Positions 49,726 to 59,349 of a stretch of 59,349 nt of DNA are shown piece by piece. Under the pieces are notes generated by a model that was not told where the DNA came from, searched no databases, and saw only the letters and a list, made by a program, of their open reading frames with translations. Every line of letters starts with the position of its first letter. Position 1 is the first letter of the stretch. Made by a program: the position numbers and the translations under genes. Source of the stretch: Cetobacterium sp. (lineage in GTDB: Bacteria; Fusobacteriota; Fusobacteriia; Fusobacteriales; Fusobacteriaceae); assembly GCA_051652625.1 (NCBI GenBank), contig JBOFUO010000004.1, positions 1 through 59,349 on the forward strand, written 5' to 3'.

Positions 49726-50244
49726 TTAGCTTAATATATAAGCATTTTTTATTTTTTCAACACTATCATAAATATTTGTGTTTAAATCTATCTTTATTGA
49801 AAAATCCGAAGAAATTTTATAGAGTGTTTTTCGCTTGGAGTAGAGTTCTTCAATAGTTTTAAGCATGTCTTCAGAGTTTGTAAGAAGCGGTCTAGTTTTA
49901 CTTCTTTTAACTCTTTCATAAATCGTATTAACATCACAATCTAAGTAAACAACAAATGATGTATTTTTAAGATTTTTAATATTTACATTATCAACAATTG
50001 CTCCACCACCGGTAGATATAACAATATTATTATCGCTAGATTCCTCTTCAATAATACTTCGTTCTAAATCTCTAAAATATTTTTCTCCTTGCTCTTCAAA
50101 AATTTCAGGAATAGTTTTCTTTTCCCTGATAGATATACAACGATCAATATCTATAAATTTCATATCTAAGCTTTTAGCTAGAATTCTACCAATAGTAGTT
50201 TTTCCGCTACCCATAAAGCCTACAAGAGCAATATTAGCTTTCAT
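49726..50244 (-). CDS. aroK: Shikimate kinase
   Basis: GFMGSGKTT, GEKYFR, STGGG, RPLL. Confidence 0.95.
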   Translation of the reverse strand: MKANIALVGFMGSGKTTIGRILAKSLDMKFIDIDRCISIREKKTIPEIFEEQGEKYFRDLERSIIEEESSDNNIVISTGGGAIVDNVNIKNLKNTSFVVYLDCDVNTIYERVKRSKTRPLLTNSEDMLKTIEELYSKRKTLYKISSDFSIKIDLNTNIYDSVEKIKNAYILS

Positions 50245-50249
50245 AAAAA

Positions 50250-50579
50250 TTAAAAATGAGTTCCGTTGTCATAATAATTATTACCTTCAAGGGGATAGAA
50301 GATAACAGTTGTGTCATTATTGTTTGTTATTTTTTTAAAGAATGTTGTGATAAAATCAGCAACAAGGTCCTTAATCTCTTGACCTCTATCAAACCAAGCA
50401 ATATCAATAAAAGTGTAGCCTGGAACAATTGCACCATCAAAGATATATTCAGTCTCGCTATGCTCAATAGTAAACCAAGTTCTGTCACACTGAATAATAG
50501 ATGTAAGACCATCAATTAATTCTTTACTGTGTTCAATTAAAATTTGTTTTTCAATACCCCGAAATTTTAAATGTGGCAT
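50250..50579 (-). CDS. DUF1904 family protein (tautomerase-like fold)
   Basis: MPHLKFRG, WFDRGQE, YYDNGTHF. Confidence 0.85.
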   Translation of the reverse strand: MPHLKFRGIEKQILIEHSKELIDGLTSIIQCDRTWFTIEHSETEYIFDGAIVPGYTFIDIAWFDRGQEIKDLVADFITTFFKKITNNNDTTVIFYPLEGNNYYDNGTHF

Positions 50580-50580
50580 A

Positions 50581-53358
50581 TTACTCCTCCTTTTCTGGTA
50601 GAAGAATAACTTCTACACAATGATTTATATTGAGTGCTCTATTGGAAAAATTAACAATAGAATTGTAGTTCACAATATCATTATACCTCATAGGAGTATA
50701 AAATTCATAGTCTGATATTAAATTTTTTTTCTCCAAGTAATTATTCCAAAAACTATTTGTTTTTATAGCTGTTTCAAAACCAAGTTCATAGTTTTTTTGA
50801 ATGTCTAAAATTTTATTTTTAGGATATTCTCCTTTTTGAACACTAAGAATAACAGATTTCACTTTAGAAATTACTTCATCTACTCTATTTGGACTTGTAC
50901 TGAAGCTTATTTGTAAATAATCTTCACCAAAATTAAATTTCTCAAGAGAAGAAGATGAAGATATAGAGTAAACGCCACCAATTTTTTCTCTAACATTTTC
51001 AATTAAAAGTATATTTAATAAACTTGATAAACTATTATATAGAATTCTATTTTCTATAGTGAATTTATCTTTAAATGGAAATGTTAATACAACTGTAGAT
51101 TTTTTATCTGTTCCTTGTATCACATATTTTTTGATGTTTTCTTTTGGGTATTCAATACCCAAAGGTGTTGCTGAGGCAGATAAATTTGTAGCAGGTAAAT
51201 TAGCAAAATATTTATCAAGCATCAATTTTAAAGAAATTTCATCTATTGATCCAGTAACTATAAGTTTATAATTTTTAAAGTTAGAGAATAAAAGATTAAA
51301 TGTTTCTTCAAGTTTTTGTTTAGAAACATTTGATAGATCATCCACTTTTAAAGGCATTCTTCTAGGATGATTATTGTTTAAAGTTTCAGAATAAACTTTT
51401 CTAAAAACTGAATTTGGAGAAAAATCTCTATTTTGAATTAATTCTCTATTTGTTTTTAGAGTTGATTCTATTACATTATTATCAAATTTAGGCTCTGATA
51501 TAAGAGTTCTGAAATATTTTAAAGATTCCTCTAAATTTTCTTTATTTGTAGAAATTGCAAATCCTTGTAAGTAATCATCAATGTAAGGAGATACAGAAAA
51601 GTTTTTACCTTTAAAATATAATTCCAAAGAGTCGTAGCTAATATTACTTATACCTGAATTAGACAAAATTTCAGAAAGAAAAAGACTATTGATATATTGG
51701 GGATAAGTTAAACTAGAACTTCCTTGTAATTTTATAAGCTTAAAATTGATTTTATCTTTATCAAAATTAGTTTGTTTATACAAAACATCAATTCCATTTG
51801 ATAAAGAAATTTCTGTGTAGTCTTTATTAATATTTTTTACGTTACTCTTTCCTAATGGGAAAGAAATTTCAGAAAGAACTATATTTGAATTGTTTATTTT
51901 AATAGAAGAAGTTTTTTTGGATAACAATGTATCTATTAAAGTTTCAATTTCTAACTCTGTAGGCAAAATATCTTTCATGTTATCTCTAGACGTTATTAAA
52001 GCATCGTATTTTAAAGAAAGTAAATTTTGAACAGATTTTCTTAAACTGTCTGAAGTAATATTGCTTAAAATTCTTCTAGTTAAATCCAACTCTTTTTCTG
52101 GGTCTAAAAATGTATTTTCATTCATAACATGGTCAATTATTGAGTCCATATAAAGTTCATTTTTAATGCTTTCTTTATTATTTATTACGGTTTTTAAATT
52201 GTTTAAGAGATTTGTTTTTTCTCTTTCTAATTCTACAGTATCAATTCCATTTATAGAAATTTCTTTTAAATTATTAATAACGTCTGTTATAACGGCTTTT
52301 AGATTATTCTCTTTTACAGCAGAAGAGTTACTAAAGATTCCAGTGGTTTTATTTAAAGGAAAATTATAAACGTAAGAATAAGCAAAAGGTGAATTTTTAT
52401 CCTTTGATAAGATAGAAAACCTAGTGTTTAAAATTGAATTTAACAATACTTTTTCTAAATTTTTTTCAAAAGATAATTCATTATTTATTGGAGTTACAGA
52501 TTCTTTCCACATGATTTTAAAATTAGTTCTAGTTAATTCAGGATCTGTAAAAATAGTAACTGAATTTTTTTGAGCTAAAGCAATGGTGAAGTCTGTTTTA
52601 GATATATTTTTTTTGTTTGAAAGAGTTTTAAAGTTTTTTAAAATCAAGTTTTTGATATCCTCTTCATCGAAGTCTCCAACAGCAACCAATGCCATATTTT
52701 GTGGTTCATACCAATCTTGATAATAATTTTTTAATTTTTCAGAAGTAGCATTATTTATAGTTTCGGGCAATCCAATAGGAAATCTTTTTGAATACCATGA
52801 ATCTCTATATAAAATTTCTTTTTGTAAATCCCCAATTCTTTTGCTTATTCCTTGACGAAGTCTCCATTCTTCAATAATAATTTTTTTTTCACTTTCAACA
52901 TCTTTAGAATCTAAAGTTATTTCAGATGCCCATTCTTTAAGAACTTCAAATCCGTTTTCTAAATCAAATTTTGTAGTTGGAACTTGTAATTTATAAACAG
53001 TTTCAGAGAAACTAGTATAAGCATTTAAATCCCCGCCAAAACTAAGGCCTAGAGATTGCAAATACTGAACTAATTCATTTTTTTCATACTTCGTAGTACC
53101 GTTGAAAGCCATATGCTCTAAAAAGTGTGCCAATCCTTGCTGTTCATCTGTTTCTAAAAGAGAACCTGCTTTGACGATTAAATTTAATGAAGCACGATTT
53201 TCTGGTTTTTTATTTTTCAAAATAAAATATTCAAATCCGTTTTCTAGTTTTCCTGAAATTAGATTTGTTGATGGGTTTAAAGATATATTTTGATTAGAAA
53301 AAATAAAGTTATATAGATTTAAAAAAATAAAAAAAATAAAGAGTGTCCTTTTTTTCAT
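50581..53358 (-). CDS. M16 family zinc metalloprotease (PqqL-like), exported
   Basis: HFLEH inverted zinc motif, FNGT, NAYTSF, VIIEEWR-like; second half with VREKIGGVY; signal peptide. Confidence 0.92.
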   Translation of the reverse strand: MKKRTLFIFFIFLNLYNFIFSNQNISLNPSTNLISGKLENGFEYFILKNKKPENRASLNLIVKAGSLLETDEQQGLAHFLEHMAFNGTTKYEKNELVQYLQSLGLSFGGDLNAYTSFSETVYKLQVPTTKFDLENGFEVLKEWASEITLDSKDVESEKKIIIEEWRLRQGISKRIGDLQKEILYRDSWYSKRFPIGLPETINNATSEKLKNYYQDWYEPQNMALVAVGDFDEEDIKNLILKNFKTLSNKKNISKTDFTIALAQKNSVTIFTDPELTRTNFKIMWKESVTPINNELSFEKNLEKVLLNSILNTRFSILSKDKNSPFAYSYVYNFPLNKTTGIFSNSSAVKENNLKAVITDVINNLKEISINGIDTVELEREKTNLLNNLKTVINNKESIKNELYMDSIIDHVMNENTFLDPEKELDLTRRILSNITSDSLRKSVQNLLSLKYDALITSRDNMKDILPTELEIETLIDTLLSKKTSSIKINNSNIVLSEISFPLGKSNVKNINKDYTEISLSNGIDVLYKQTNFDKDKINFKLIKLQGSSSLTYPQYINSLFLSEILSNSGISNISYDSLELYFKGKNFSVSPYIDDYLQGFAISTNKENLEESLKYFRTLISEPKFDNNVIESTLKTNRELIQNRDFSPNSVFRKVYSETLNNNHPRRMPLKVDDLSNVSKQKLEETFNLLFSNFKNYKLIVTGSIDEISLKLMLDKYFANLPATNLSASATPLGIEYPKENIKKYVIQGTDKKSTVVLTFPFKDKFTIENRILYNSLSSLLNILLIENVREKIGGVYSISSSSSLEKFNFGEDYLQISFSTSPNRVDEVISKVKSVILSVQKGEYPKNKILDIQKNYELGFETAIKTNSFWNNYLEKKNLISDYEFYTPMRYNDIVNYNSIVNFSNRALNINHCVEVILLPEKEE

Positions 53359-53495
53359 GAAAATCCTCCTTGGCTAGGTGTAATATACTTTTTAGATAGT
53401 AACATTTTAAAAGTATTATTGAAAGTATTATTTACTGGATTTTTTGAAGTAAAATTGTTACTATATATAGTATAAATATACTGGCGGAGGATAAC

Positions 53496-55046
53496 ATGAG
53501 AATAAAAGACAAAAAGAAATTTTTAAGGTTTTTAATATTATTGATAATTTTTATTTTTACAATTTCTTGTGGAATAAAGAGATTTGTTTTAAGTGACAAT
53601 CCTCAAACTATAGAAATGGTAAATGATGAAATAAAAGTTGATGTACTATCTTTAAATAAAGATAGTGCACCTTTAAAATTGAAAAACAAAATTTTAGTTG
53701 AGCCAACAGAAGAGATTACTATTTTAGATTCAGAAGAAAAAGAAGTCGTTGAAAAGAAAAACTTGAAATATGTAAAAAATCAAAATCTTTATGTTTTTGA
53801 AGATGAAACAGAAAACAAAAGGCAGGATATTTTGAGAAAAGGTACAAAGATAGAGATTTTAGAAGAAAAAAAAATAAATAAAAACGATAAAGAGAAAAGT
53901 TTGCTAAAAATAGCTTATAGAAAAGATTTGAAAAATAAAGAGGGTTGGGTAAATAAAGTTGAGTTTGCAGAAAACTTAAATGAAACATTACCGTCTAATT
54001 GGAAAAATATAGATTTTAAAACCGAGTATTCTATAAATAATTTTGAAAATAATCCGAGAGTTGATGTTAAAGGAGTTTATTTAAATATTTATACAATTGG
54101 AAGTAGCAAAAAAATGGAAAGATTAATAAATTTAACAAAAACAACAGAAATCAATGCTTTTGTAATTGATATAAAAGATGATAATGGAGTTTTATCATTT
54201 GAAATGGAATCACCTAAAAAATTTGGCATATCTACATCAAAAAATTATCCTATAAAAAATATAGAGAACTTTATGAAAATTTTAAAAGATAATAATATTT
54301 ACAGTATAGCTAGAATTGTATCTTTTAAAGATCCAACTTATGCTAAATCAAATCCAGATAAAGTTATAATTTCTAGAGATACAGGAAAGCCTTATACAAA
54401 TAGTGATGGAATTATTTGGGTATCAGCTCATGATAGAAATTTATGGGAATATAATCTATCTGTAGCAGAAGAAGCTGTTAAAGTTGGATTTAATGAAATT
54501 CAATTTGATTATGTTAGATTTCCAGCTTCAAATGGAGGAAAGTTAGATTCAAAATTAAACTATAGAAATACTAAAAATGAATCTAAACCTGAAACTATTC
54601 AAAAATATTTAAAGTATGGAAGAGAAAGAATAAACTCTTTAGGAGCATATGTGAGTGCAGATGTTTATGGTCAAATTGGAACGTTTAATGATGATATGGG
54701 ATTAGGTCAACATTGGGAAACTGTAAGTCATGCTGTTGACTACATCTCTCCAATGATGTATCCAAGCCATTATGGAAAAGGAGCTTACGGAATAGAGGTT
54801 CCAGACTCACAACCATACAAAACAATATATCATTCGGTTAAAGACTCTATAAATAGAAATGAAAATATAAATTCACCAGCAACAATAAGACCTTGGATAC
54901 AAGCTTTTACAGCTAAGTGGGTAAAAGGTTACATCCCTTATAATGAAAAAGAAATAAGAGCACAAATAAAAGCAATGAACGATTTAAATGTGAATGAATA
55001 TTTATTATGGAGTCCAAGTAATAACTACAAGATTACAGCAAATTAA
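53496..55046 (+). CDS. Putative glycoside hydrolase (DUF4015) with SH3-like N-terminal region
   Basis: VKGVYL, INAFVIDIKDD, ARIVSFKD, GFNEIQFDYVRFP, PMMYPSHY, RPWIQAF; N-terminal anchor. Confidence 0.85.
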   Translation: MRIKDKKKFLRFLILLIIFIFTISCGIKRFVLSDNPQTIEMVNDEIKVDVLSLNKDSAPLKLKNKILVEPTEEITILDSEEKEVVEKKNLKYVKNQNLYVFEDETENKRQDILRKGTKIEILEEKKINKNDKEKSLLKIAYRKDLKNKEGWVNKVEFAENLNETLPSNWKNIDFKTEYSINNFENNPRVDVKGVYLNIYTIGSSKKMERLINLTKTTEINAFVIDIKDDNGVLSFEMESPKKFGISTSKNYPIKNIENFMKILKDNNIYSIARIVSFKDPTYAKSNPDKVIISRDTGKPYTNSDGIIWVSAHDRNLWEYNLSVAEEAVKVGFNEIQFDYVRFPASNGGKLDSKLNYRNTKNESKPETIQKYLKYGRERINSLGAYVSADVYGQIGTFNDDMGLGQHWETVSHAVDYISPMMYPSHYGKGAYGIEVPDSQPYKTIYHSVKDSINRNENINSPATIRPWIQAFTAKWVKGYIPYNEKEIRAQIKAMNDLNVNEYLLWSPSNNYKITAN

Positions 55047-55113
55047 AAATAATTGTTTAAAAAAAGTATAGTGTATGATATAATGGCATTTGACTAAATT
55101 AAAGGAGAAAAAC

Positions 55114-55971
55114 TTGGAAGGAATAATAGTTGTAGATAAACCTATAGGTATAACTTCATTTGATGTTATAAGGGTTTTGAGAAGAAATTTAAAAGAGAGA
55201 AGAATAGGTCATACAGGAACTTTGGACCCTTTAGCTACAGGAATTTTGGTTATTTGTGTTGGTAGAGCGACAAAATTAGCACAAGATATTGAAGGGTATG
55301 AAAAAGAGTATGTTGCAGATTTAGAACTTGGTTTCAAAACGGACACTTATGATACAGAAGGAAAGGTTTTAGATAGGACAGAGAATTTCAATATATCTAA
55401 AGAAACTTTTAAAGAAACGCTAGAGACATTTAAGGGGAACATAAAACAAGTCCCACCAATGTATTCAGCTATAAAAGTTGATGGAAAGAAACTTTATGAG
55501 TTAGCTAGAGAAGGTGTAGAAATAGAGAGAAAAGCTAGAGATGTTAGTATTACAAACTTAGATTTACTTTCTTTTGATGGTGTAAAAGCCAAAATTAATT
55601 GTACAGTTTCAAAAGGAACTTATATAAGAAGTTTAATCTATGATTTAGGAGAAAAATTAGGAACATTTGCTACAATGACAGGTTTAAGAAGAACTAGAGT
55701 TGGAGAAGAAGACCTAAATAGATCATTTACTTTAGAAAATATAGAGAAAATGGTCGAAAAAAATGATTATTCATTTTTAGTTTCTGTAGAGGACTACTTT
55801 AAGTTTCCTAGAACAGATATTGAAGATGAAGTGGATATAAAACTTTTTGTGAATGGCCAAAGATGTAAAAAAAGAATAAATGAAGGAAAATACTCTGTTT
55901 ATTCTAAGAATAAGTTTATAGGCTTAGGTGAAGTAACAAACGGTTTGTTAAAAGGTTATAAATATTATTAA
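55114..55971 (+). CDS. truB: tRNA pseudouridine(55) synthase
   Basis: DKPIGITS, GHTGTLDPLATG, QVPPMYSAIK, SKGTYIRSL; TTG 55114 after AAGGAG. Confidence 0.96.
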   Translation: MEGIIVVDKPIGITSFDVIRVLRRNLKERRIGHTGTLDPLATGILVICVGRATKLAQDIEGYEKEYVADLELGFKTDTYDTEGKVLDRTENFNISKETFKETLETFKGNIKQVPPMYSAIKVDGKKLYELAREGVEIERKARDVSITNLDLLSFDGVKAKINCTVSKGTYIRSLIYDLGEKLGTFATMTGLRRTRVGEEDLNRSFTLENIEKMVEKNDYSFLVSVEDYFKFPRTDIEDEVDIKLFVNGQRCKKRINEGKYSVYSKNKFIGLGEVTNGLLKGYKYY

Positions 55972-55989
55972 TTATAGAGAGGAAGAGAT

Positions 55990-57795
55990 ATGAAAATAAA
56001 AAATATTGCAATTATAGCCCATGTTGACCATGGAAAAACAACTCTAGTAGATTGTCTTTTAAGACAATCAGGAGTTTTCGGAGCTCACGAACTTGAAAAA
56101 GTTTCGGAGAGAGTAATGGATTCAAATGATATCGAAAAAGAGAGAGGAATTACAATTTTCTCAAAAAATGCATCTGTAAACTATAAAGATTACAAAATCA
56201 ATATAGTTGATACTCCAGGCCATGCTGACTTCGGAGGAGAAGTACAAAGAATCATGAAAATGGTTGACTGTGTTGTTTTACTAGTAGACGCATTTGAAGG
56301 TCCTATGCCTCAAACAAAATATGTTTTAAAGAAAGCTTTAGAGCAAGGACATAGACCAATAGTTGTAGTTAATAAAGTAGATAGACCAAATGCAAGACCA
56401 GAAGAAGTTTTATACATGGTATATGACTTATTCATTGAGTTAAATGCAAATGATTTACAATTAGAATTCCCAGTTGTATACGCTTCAGGAAAAGCTGGAT
56501 TTGCTAAGAAAGAAATAAATGATGTTAGTGATAACATGGTTCCTTTATTTGAAACAATATTAGAGCACGTTGAAGATCCAGAAGGAGATAACGAAAAACC
56601 AACTCAATTCTTAATAACTAACATTGAGTATGATAACTATGTTGGAAAGCTTGCAGTAGGAAGACTTTACAACGGTATGTTAAAAAGAAACCAAGAAGTT
56701 ATGTTAATAAAAAGAGATGGAAAGCAAGTTAAAGGTAAAATCTCTGTTATGTACGGATACGAAGGGTTAAAAAGAGTAGAGATTCAACAAGCTTACTCTG
56801 GAGATATCTTCTGTGTAGCTGGATTAGATAACATTGATATCGGAGAAACAATTGCAGACGTTAATGAACCAGTAGCATTACCAGTAATTGATATAGATGA
56901 GCCAACTCTTTCTATGACATTCATGGTAAACGATTCGCCATTCGCAGGAAAAGAAGGAAAGTTCGTAACATCTAGAAATATTTGGGACAGACTTCAAAAA
57001 GAGCTTCAAACTAACGTAAGTATGAGAGTAGAAGCAACAGAAGCTGCAGATGCATTCGAAGTTAAAGGAAGAGGAGAACTTCAACTTTCTATACTTTTAG
57101 AAAACATGAGAAGAGAAGGATTTGAAATTCAAGTTTCAAAACCAAAAGTTTTACTTAAAGATATCGACGGAGTAAAATGTGAGCCAATCGAATTAGCAAT
57201 GGTTGACGTTGATGAGGCTTTCGTTGGTGTTGTAATTGAAAAGATGGGAATCAGAAAGGGAGAAATGGTAACAATGAACCCTGGTAATGATGGATATACA
57301 AGATTAGAGTTCAAAGTACCTGCAAGAGGATTAATTGGATTCAGAAATGAATTCTTAACAGATACAAAAGGAACTGGAATCTTAAACCACTCATTCTTCG
57401 ATTACGAAGCATACAGAGGACCAATCCCTACAAGACCTAAAGGAGTTTTAATATCTTTAGAGCAAGGTACAACAATAGCTTATGCATTAAGTGGATTACA
57501 AGATAGAGGAATATTATTCACTGATCCAGGTGTAGCTGTTTACGAAGGTATGATAGTTGGAGAACATAATAGAGAAAATGACTTAGTTGTAAACGTATGT
57601 AAAGCTAAGAAATTAACAAACATGAGAGCTTCAGGAAGTGACGATGCAGTTAAGATTGCTACTCCAAGAAAATATACTTTAGAGCAAGCTCTAGATTATA
57701 TCGCTGACGATGAGTTAGTAGAAATCACTCCAATCAATATCAGAATAAGAAAGAAATTCTTAAAAGATAGCGATAGAAGAAAAAACTCTAAGTAA
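55990..57795 (+). CDS. typA: Translational GTPase TypA/BipA
   Basis: [44 protein letters not shown]. Confidence 0.98.
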   Translation: MKIKNIAIIAHVDHGKTTLVDCLLRQSGVFGAHELEKVSERVMDSNDIEKERGITIFSKNASVNYKDYKINIVDTPGHADFGGEVQRIMKMVDCVVLLVDAFEGPMPQTKYVLKKALEQGHRPIVVVNKVDRPNARPEEVLYMVYDLFIELNANDLQLEFPVVYASGKAGFAKKEINDVSDNMVPLFETILEHVEDPEGDNEKPTQFLITNIEYDNYVGKLAVGRLYNGMLKRNQEVMLIKRDGKQVKGKISVMYGYEGLKRVEIQQAYSGDIFCVAGLDNIDIGETIADVNEPVALPVIDIDEPTLSMTFMVNDSPFAGKEGKFVTSRNIWDRLQKELQTNVSMRVEATEAADAFEVKGRGELQLSILLENMRREGFEIQVSKPKVLLKDIDGVKCEPIELAMVDVDEAFVGVVIEKMGIRKGEMVTMNPGNDGYTRLEFKVPARGLIGFRNEFLTDTKGTGILNHSFFDYEAYRGPIPTRPKGVLISLEQGTTIAYALSGLQDRGILFTDPGVAVYEGMIVGEHNRENDLVVNVCKAKKLTNMRASGSDDAVKIATPRKYTLEQALDYIADDELVEITPINIRIRKKFLKDSDRRKNSK

Positions 57796-57816
57796 TAACT
57801 CATAAGAGGTAAATCT

Positions 57817-58617
57817 ATGAAAAAATTATTGATTTTATTTATACTTCTGTCAATATTAGTTGGCTGTAGTAGTTTTAATAAAAAAATGTATACAGAAGAT
57901 GAAGTGGTAGCGGCAGTTATTGTTGATAATGTATATGTTTTAAATAGAGCAATAAAAAATGGATTTAATATAGAACAAGAGTTGAAAAATAGAGATACTC
58001 TTTTAAGTTTAGCCTTAAAAGAGGATTCTCTTCAAGTAATTTCAAGTTTATTAGCTAATGGTGCTAATTTAACTAAAGATTTACCTGAAAAAAAAATAGT
58101 AGGGATTAATACAGTTATTTCTTCAAGACCTCCAATATTTTATGTAAATAGTATTGATGCATTAGACATGTTTATAAATGACAAAGCTAAACTTAATACT
58201 TTTACAAGTGATGGAGAGTTGTTATTAAACTTCTATATAAAAACAAAACCTGAGAATTTAGTAGTAACTTTAATAAATAATGATATTCAGTTGAAAGTTC
58301 TAGATTCTAGTGGATGGTATCCAATATTTTGGGCTGTCAATATAGAGAGTGAAAATATATTGATTGAATTATTAAAAAAAGATACTAGTCAATATACAGT
58401 AAAAGATAAAAAAGGAAATTATCCTATTTATTATGCTAATTCAAGTGAAGTTATAGAAGTTTTATTAAACGGAGAGTATAATCTAAAAGAAAAAAATATA
58501 TATGGAGAAAATATATTAGGTGAAGTCTATTTAAAAGTAAAAAAGTTAGGTTATAATAACTTAATTCCAATTCTTTTAAAAAAAGGTGTGAATCCAAATT
58601 ATACTTCTTATAGATAA
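57817..58617 (+). CDS. Ankyrin-repeat lipoprotein
   Basis: Lipobox LVGC; ankyrin-like DTLLSLA..LLANGAN, GWYPIFWA, GNYPIYYA, LLKKGVNPN. Confidence 0.8.
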   Translation: MKKLLILFILLSILVGCSSFNKKMYTEDEVVAAVIVDNVYVLNRAIKNGFNIEQELKNRDTLLSLALKEDSLQVISSLLANGANLTKDLPEKKIVGINTVISSRPPIFYVNSIDALDMFINDKAKLNTFTSDGELLLNFYIKTKPENLVVTLINNDIQLKVLDSSGWYPIFWAVNIESENILIELLKKDTSQYTVKDKKGNYPIYYANSSEVIEVLLNGEYNLKEKNIYGENILGEVYLKVKKLGYNNLIPILLKKGVNPNYTSYR

Positions 58618-58635
58618 AAAATAATATTAATTAAA

Positions 58636-58665
58636 GCAAGGATAGGATTTTTAATTCTATCCTTG
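58636..58665 (+). terminator. Hairpin after the ankyrin gene (probable terminator)
   Basis: GCAAGGATAGGAT / ATTCTATCCTTGT; weak U-tract. Confidence 0.6.
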
Positions 58666-58682
58666 TTAATTATACAGATAAC

Positions 58683-58711
58683 TTGAAAAAATGCCGAAAA
58701 TAGGTTATAAT
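58683..58711 (+). promoter_or_regulatory. Sigma70 promoter upstream of the IS607 remnant
   Basis: TTGAAA-17 bp-TATAAT. Confidence 0.6.
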
Positions 58712-58756
58712 TACGAAAACATTTTTTCTTAGCAGGCTTTTAACAGTTGAAATAAA

Positions 58757-59000
58757 ATGAAGTATTATTCAACTAGAGAAATGGTAAAAAATTTTAAATG
58801 TAACAGGTCAAACATTAAGAAATTGGGATTCTAACAGAAAGCTAGTTCTACATCATAAAACAAATAGTGGATATAGATATTATTCAGAAGAGTAAGTTAA
58901 TAAATTTTTGGTCATAAACACTGTTAAGAAAAATAGAGAAATAATAAAGGAGTTGATTTCTGATGATTCTATCGAAGAAGATAAGGTTAAAACCAGATAA
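58757..59000 (+). pseudogene. tnpA: IS607 serine-recombinase transposase pseudogene
   Basis: MKYYSTREMVK/ILNVTGQTLRNWD...SGYRYYSEE* MerR-type HTH; +1 frameshift in the A-run 58786-58791; TAA at 58893; catalytic YxRVS domain absent; ends KELISDD...TR*. Confidence 0.85.
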
Positions 59001-59349
59001 AATTCAGGAATCTTTACTTTGGAAATCAACAGGAACAGCAAGATTTATCTACAATTGGACTTTAGGAAGACAGAAAGAAAATTATGAAAATGGTGAAAAG
59101 TTTCTTTCGGATAATTTTCTAAGAAAAGAGATTACTGTACTTAAAAAATTAGAACTCAATGATGCTTCACTTGGAATAGATTTAGGTGTTAAAGATTTAG
59201 CTGTAACTTCTGATGGAAAAGTATATAAAAATATAAATAAGAAAAAAAATATGAAAAAATTGAAAAAGAAGTTAAAAAGATTACAAAAACAAGTTTCACG
59301 AAAATATGAAAAATCTCGGGAGGTGACAGACCGTTACGAAAAGAGCCAA
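58963..59349 (+). CDS. tnpB: TnpB RNA-guided nuclease homologue, internally deleted, partial (open to window end)
   Basis: MILSKKIRLKP...GTARFIYNWTL N-terminus joined directly to RuvC-I LGIDLGVKDLAVTSDG (Asp at residue 73) and basic helix LKRLQKQVSRK; 129 codons with no stop; RBS AAGGAG at 58947. Confidence 0.82.
   Translation, partial: MILSKKIRLKPDKIQESLLWKSTGTARFIYNWTLGRQKENYENGEKFLSDNFLRKEITVLKKLELNDASLGIDLGVKDLAVTSDGKVYKNINKKKNMKKLKKKLKRLQKQVSRKYEKSREVTDRYEKSQ

Larger units (their letters stand above)
58757..59349 (+). mobile_element. Degenerate IS607-family element (tnpA remnant + tnpB), running off the window
   Basis: MerR-HTH tnpA fragment overlapping a tnpB start; element ends not identified. 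Confidence 0.85.

Noticed and set aside
58620-58760. Group I intron (IStron) upstream of IS607 tnpA
   Set aside because: Only about 140 AT-rich nt, containing a hairpin and a promoter; no room for or motifs of a group I core

Overview
Very AT-rich bacterial chromosome window, most consistent with a Fusobacteriaceae member (Cetobacterium/Ilyobacter-like). This assignment is inferred from protein similarity, the Na+-type ATP synthase c subunit and the earP-efp pair. The window is mostly housekeeping. In order: tRNA-Asn, rplS with an L19-leader-like UTR, lepB-rimI-purB-Gx-glmM-MTase running into a complete Na+-F1Fo atp operon, der/ygiQ/CBS-PPase, tatD-acpS-prfB (programmed +1 frameshift)-gltX, a stand-alone OLD nuclease, chromate transporters, an ABC-F, OYE-earP-efp, SRP RNA (missed by the ORF track), fabG, ClC, dapF, a fumarase/malic enzyme operon, crr, a guanine riboswitch with its NCS2 permease, an amino-acid transporter cluster bracketed by two inverted brnQ paralogues and containing an RHH-WYL gene, FNT, SDR-aroK-DUF1904-M16 protease, a DUF4015 hydrolase, and truB-typA-ankyrin lipoprotein. 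At the right edge is a decayed IS607-family element whose tnpB is still open but carries a large apparent in-frame deletion. No CRISPR array, prophage or multi-gene defence island is visible, and I cannot claim a complete novel system. The best leads are the mini-TnpB/IS607 remnant, the orphan RHH-WYL gene, the stand-alone OLD nuclease, a 25-bp perfect palindrome between divergent genes, and the ABC-F with a degenerate second ATPase site. All family assignments come from motif recognition, not database searches.
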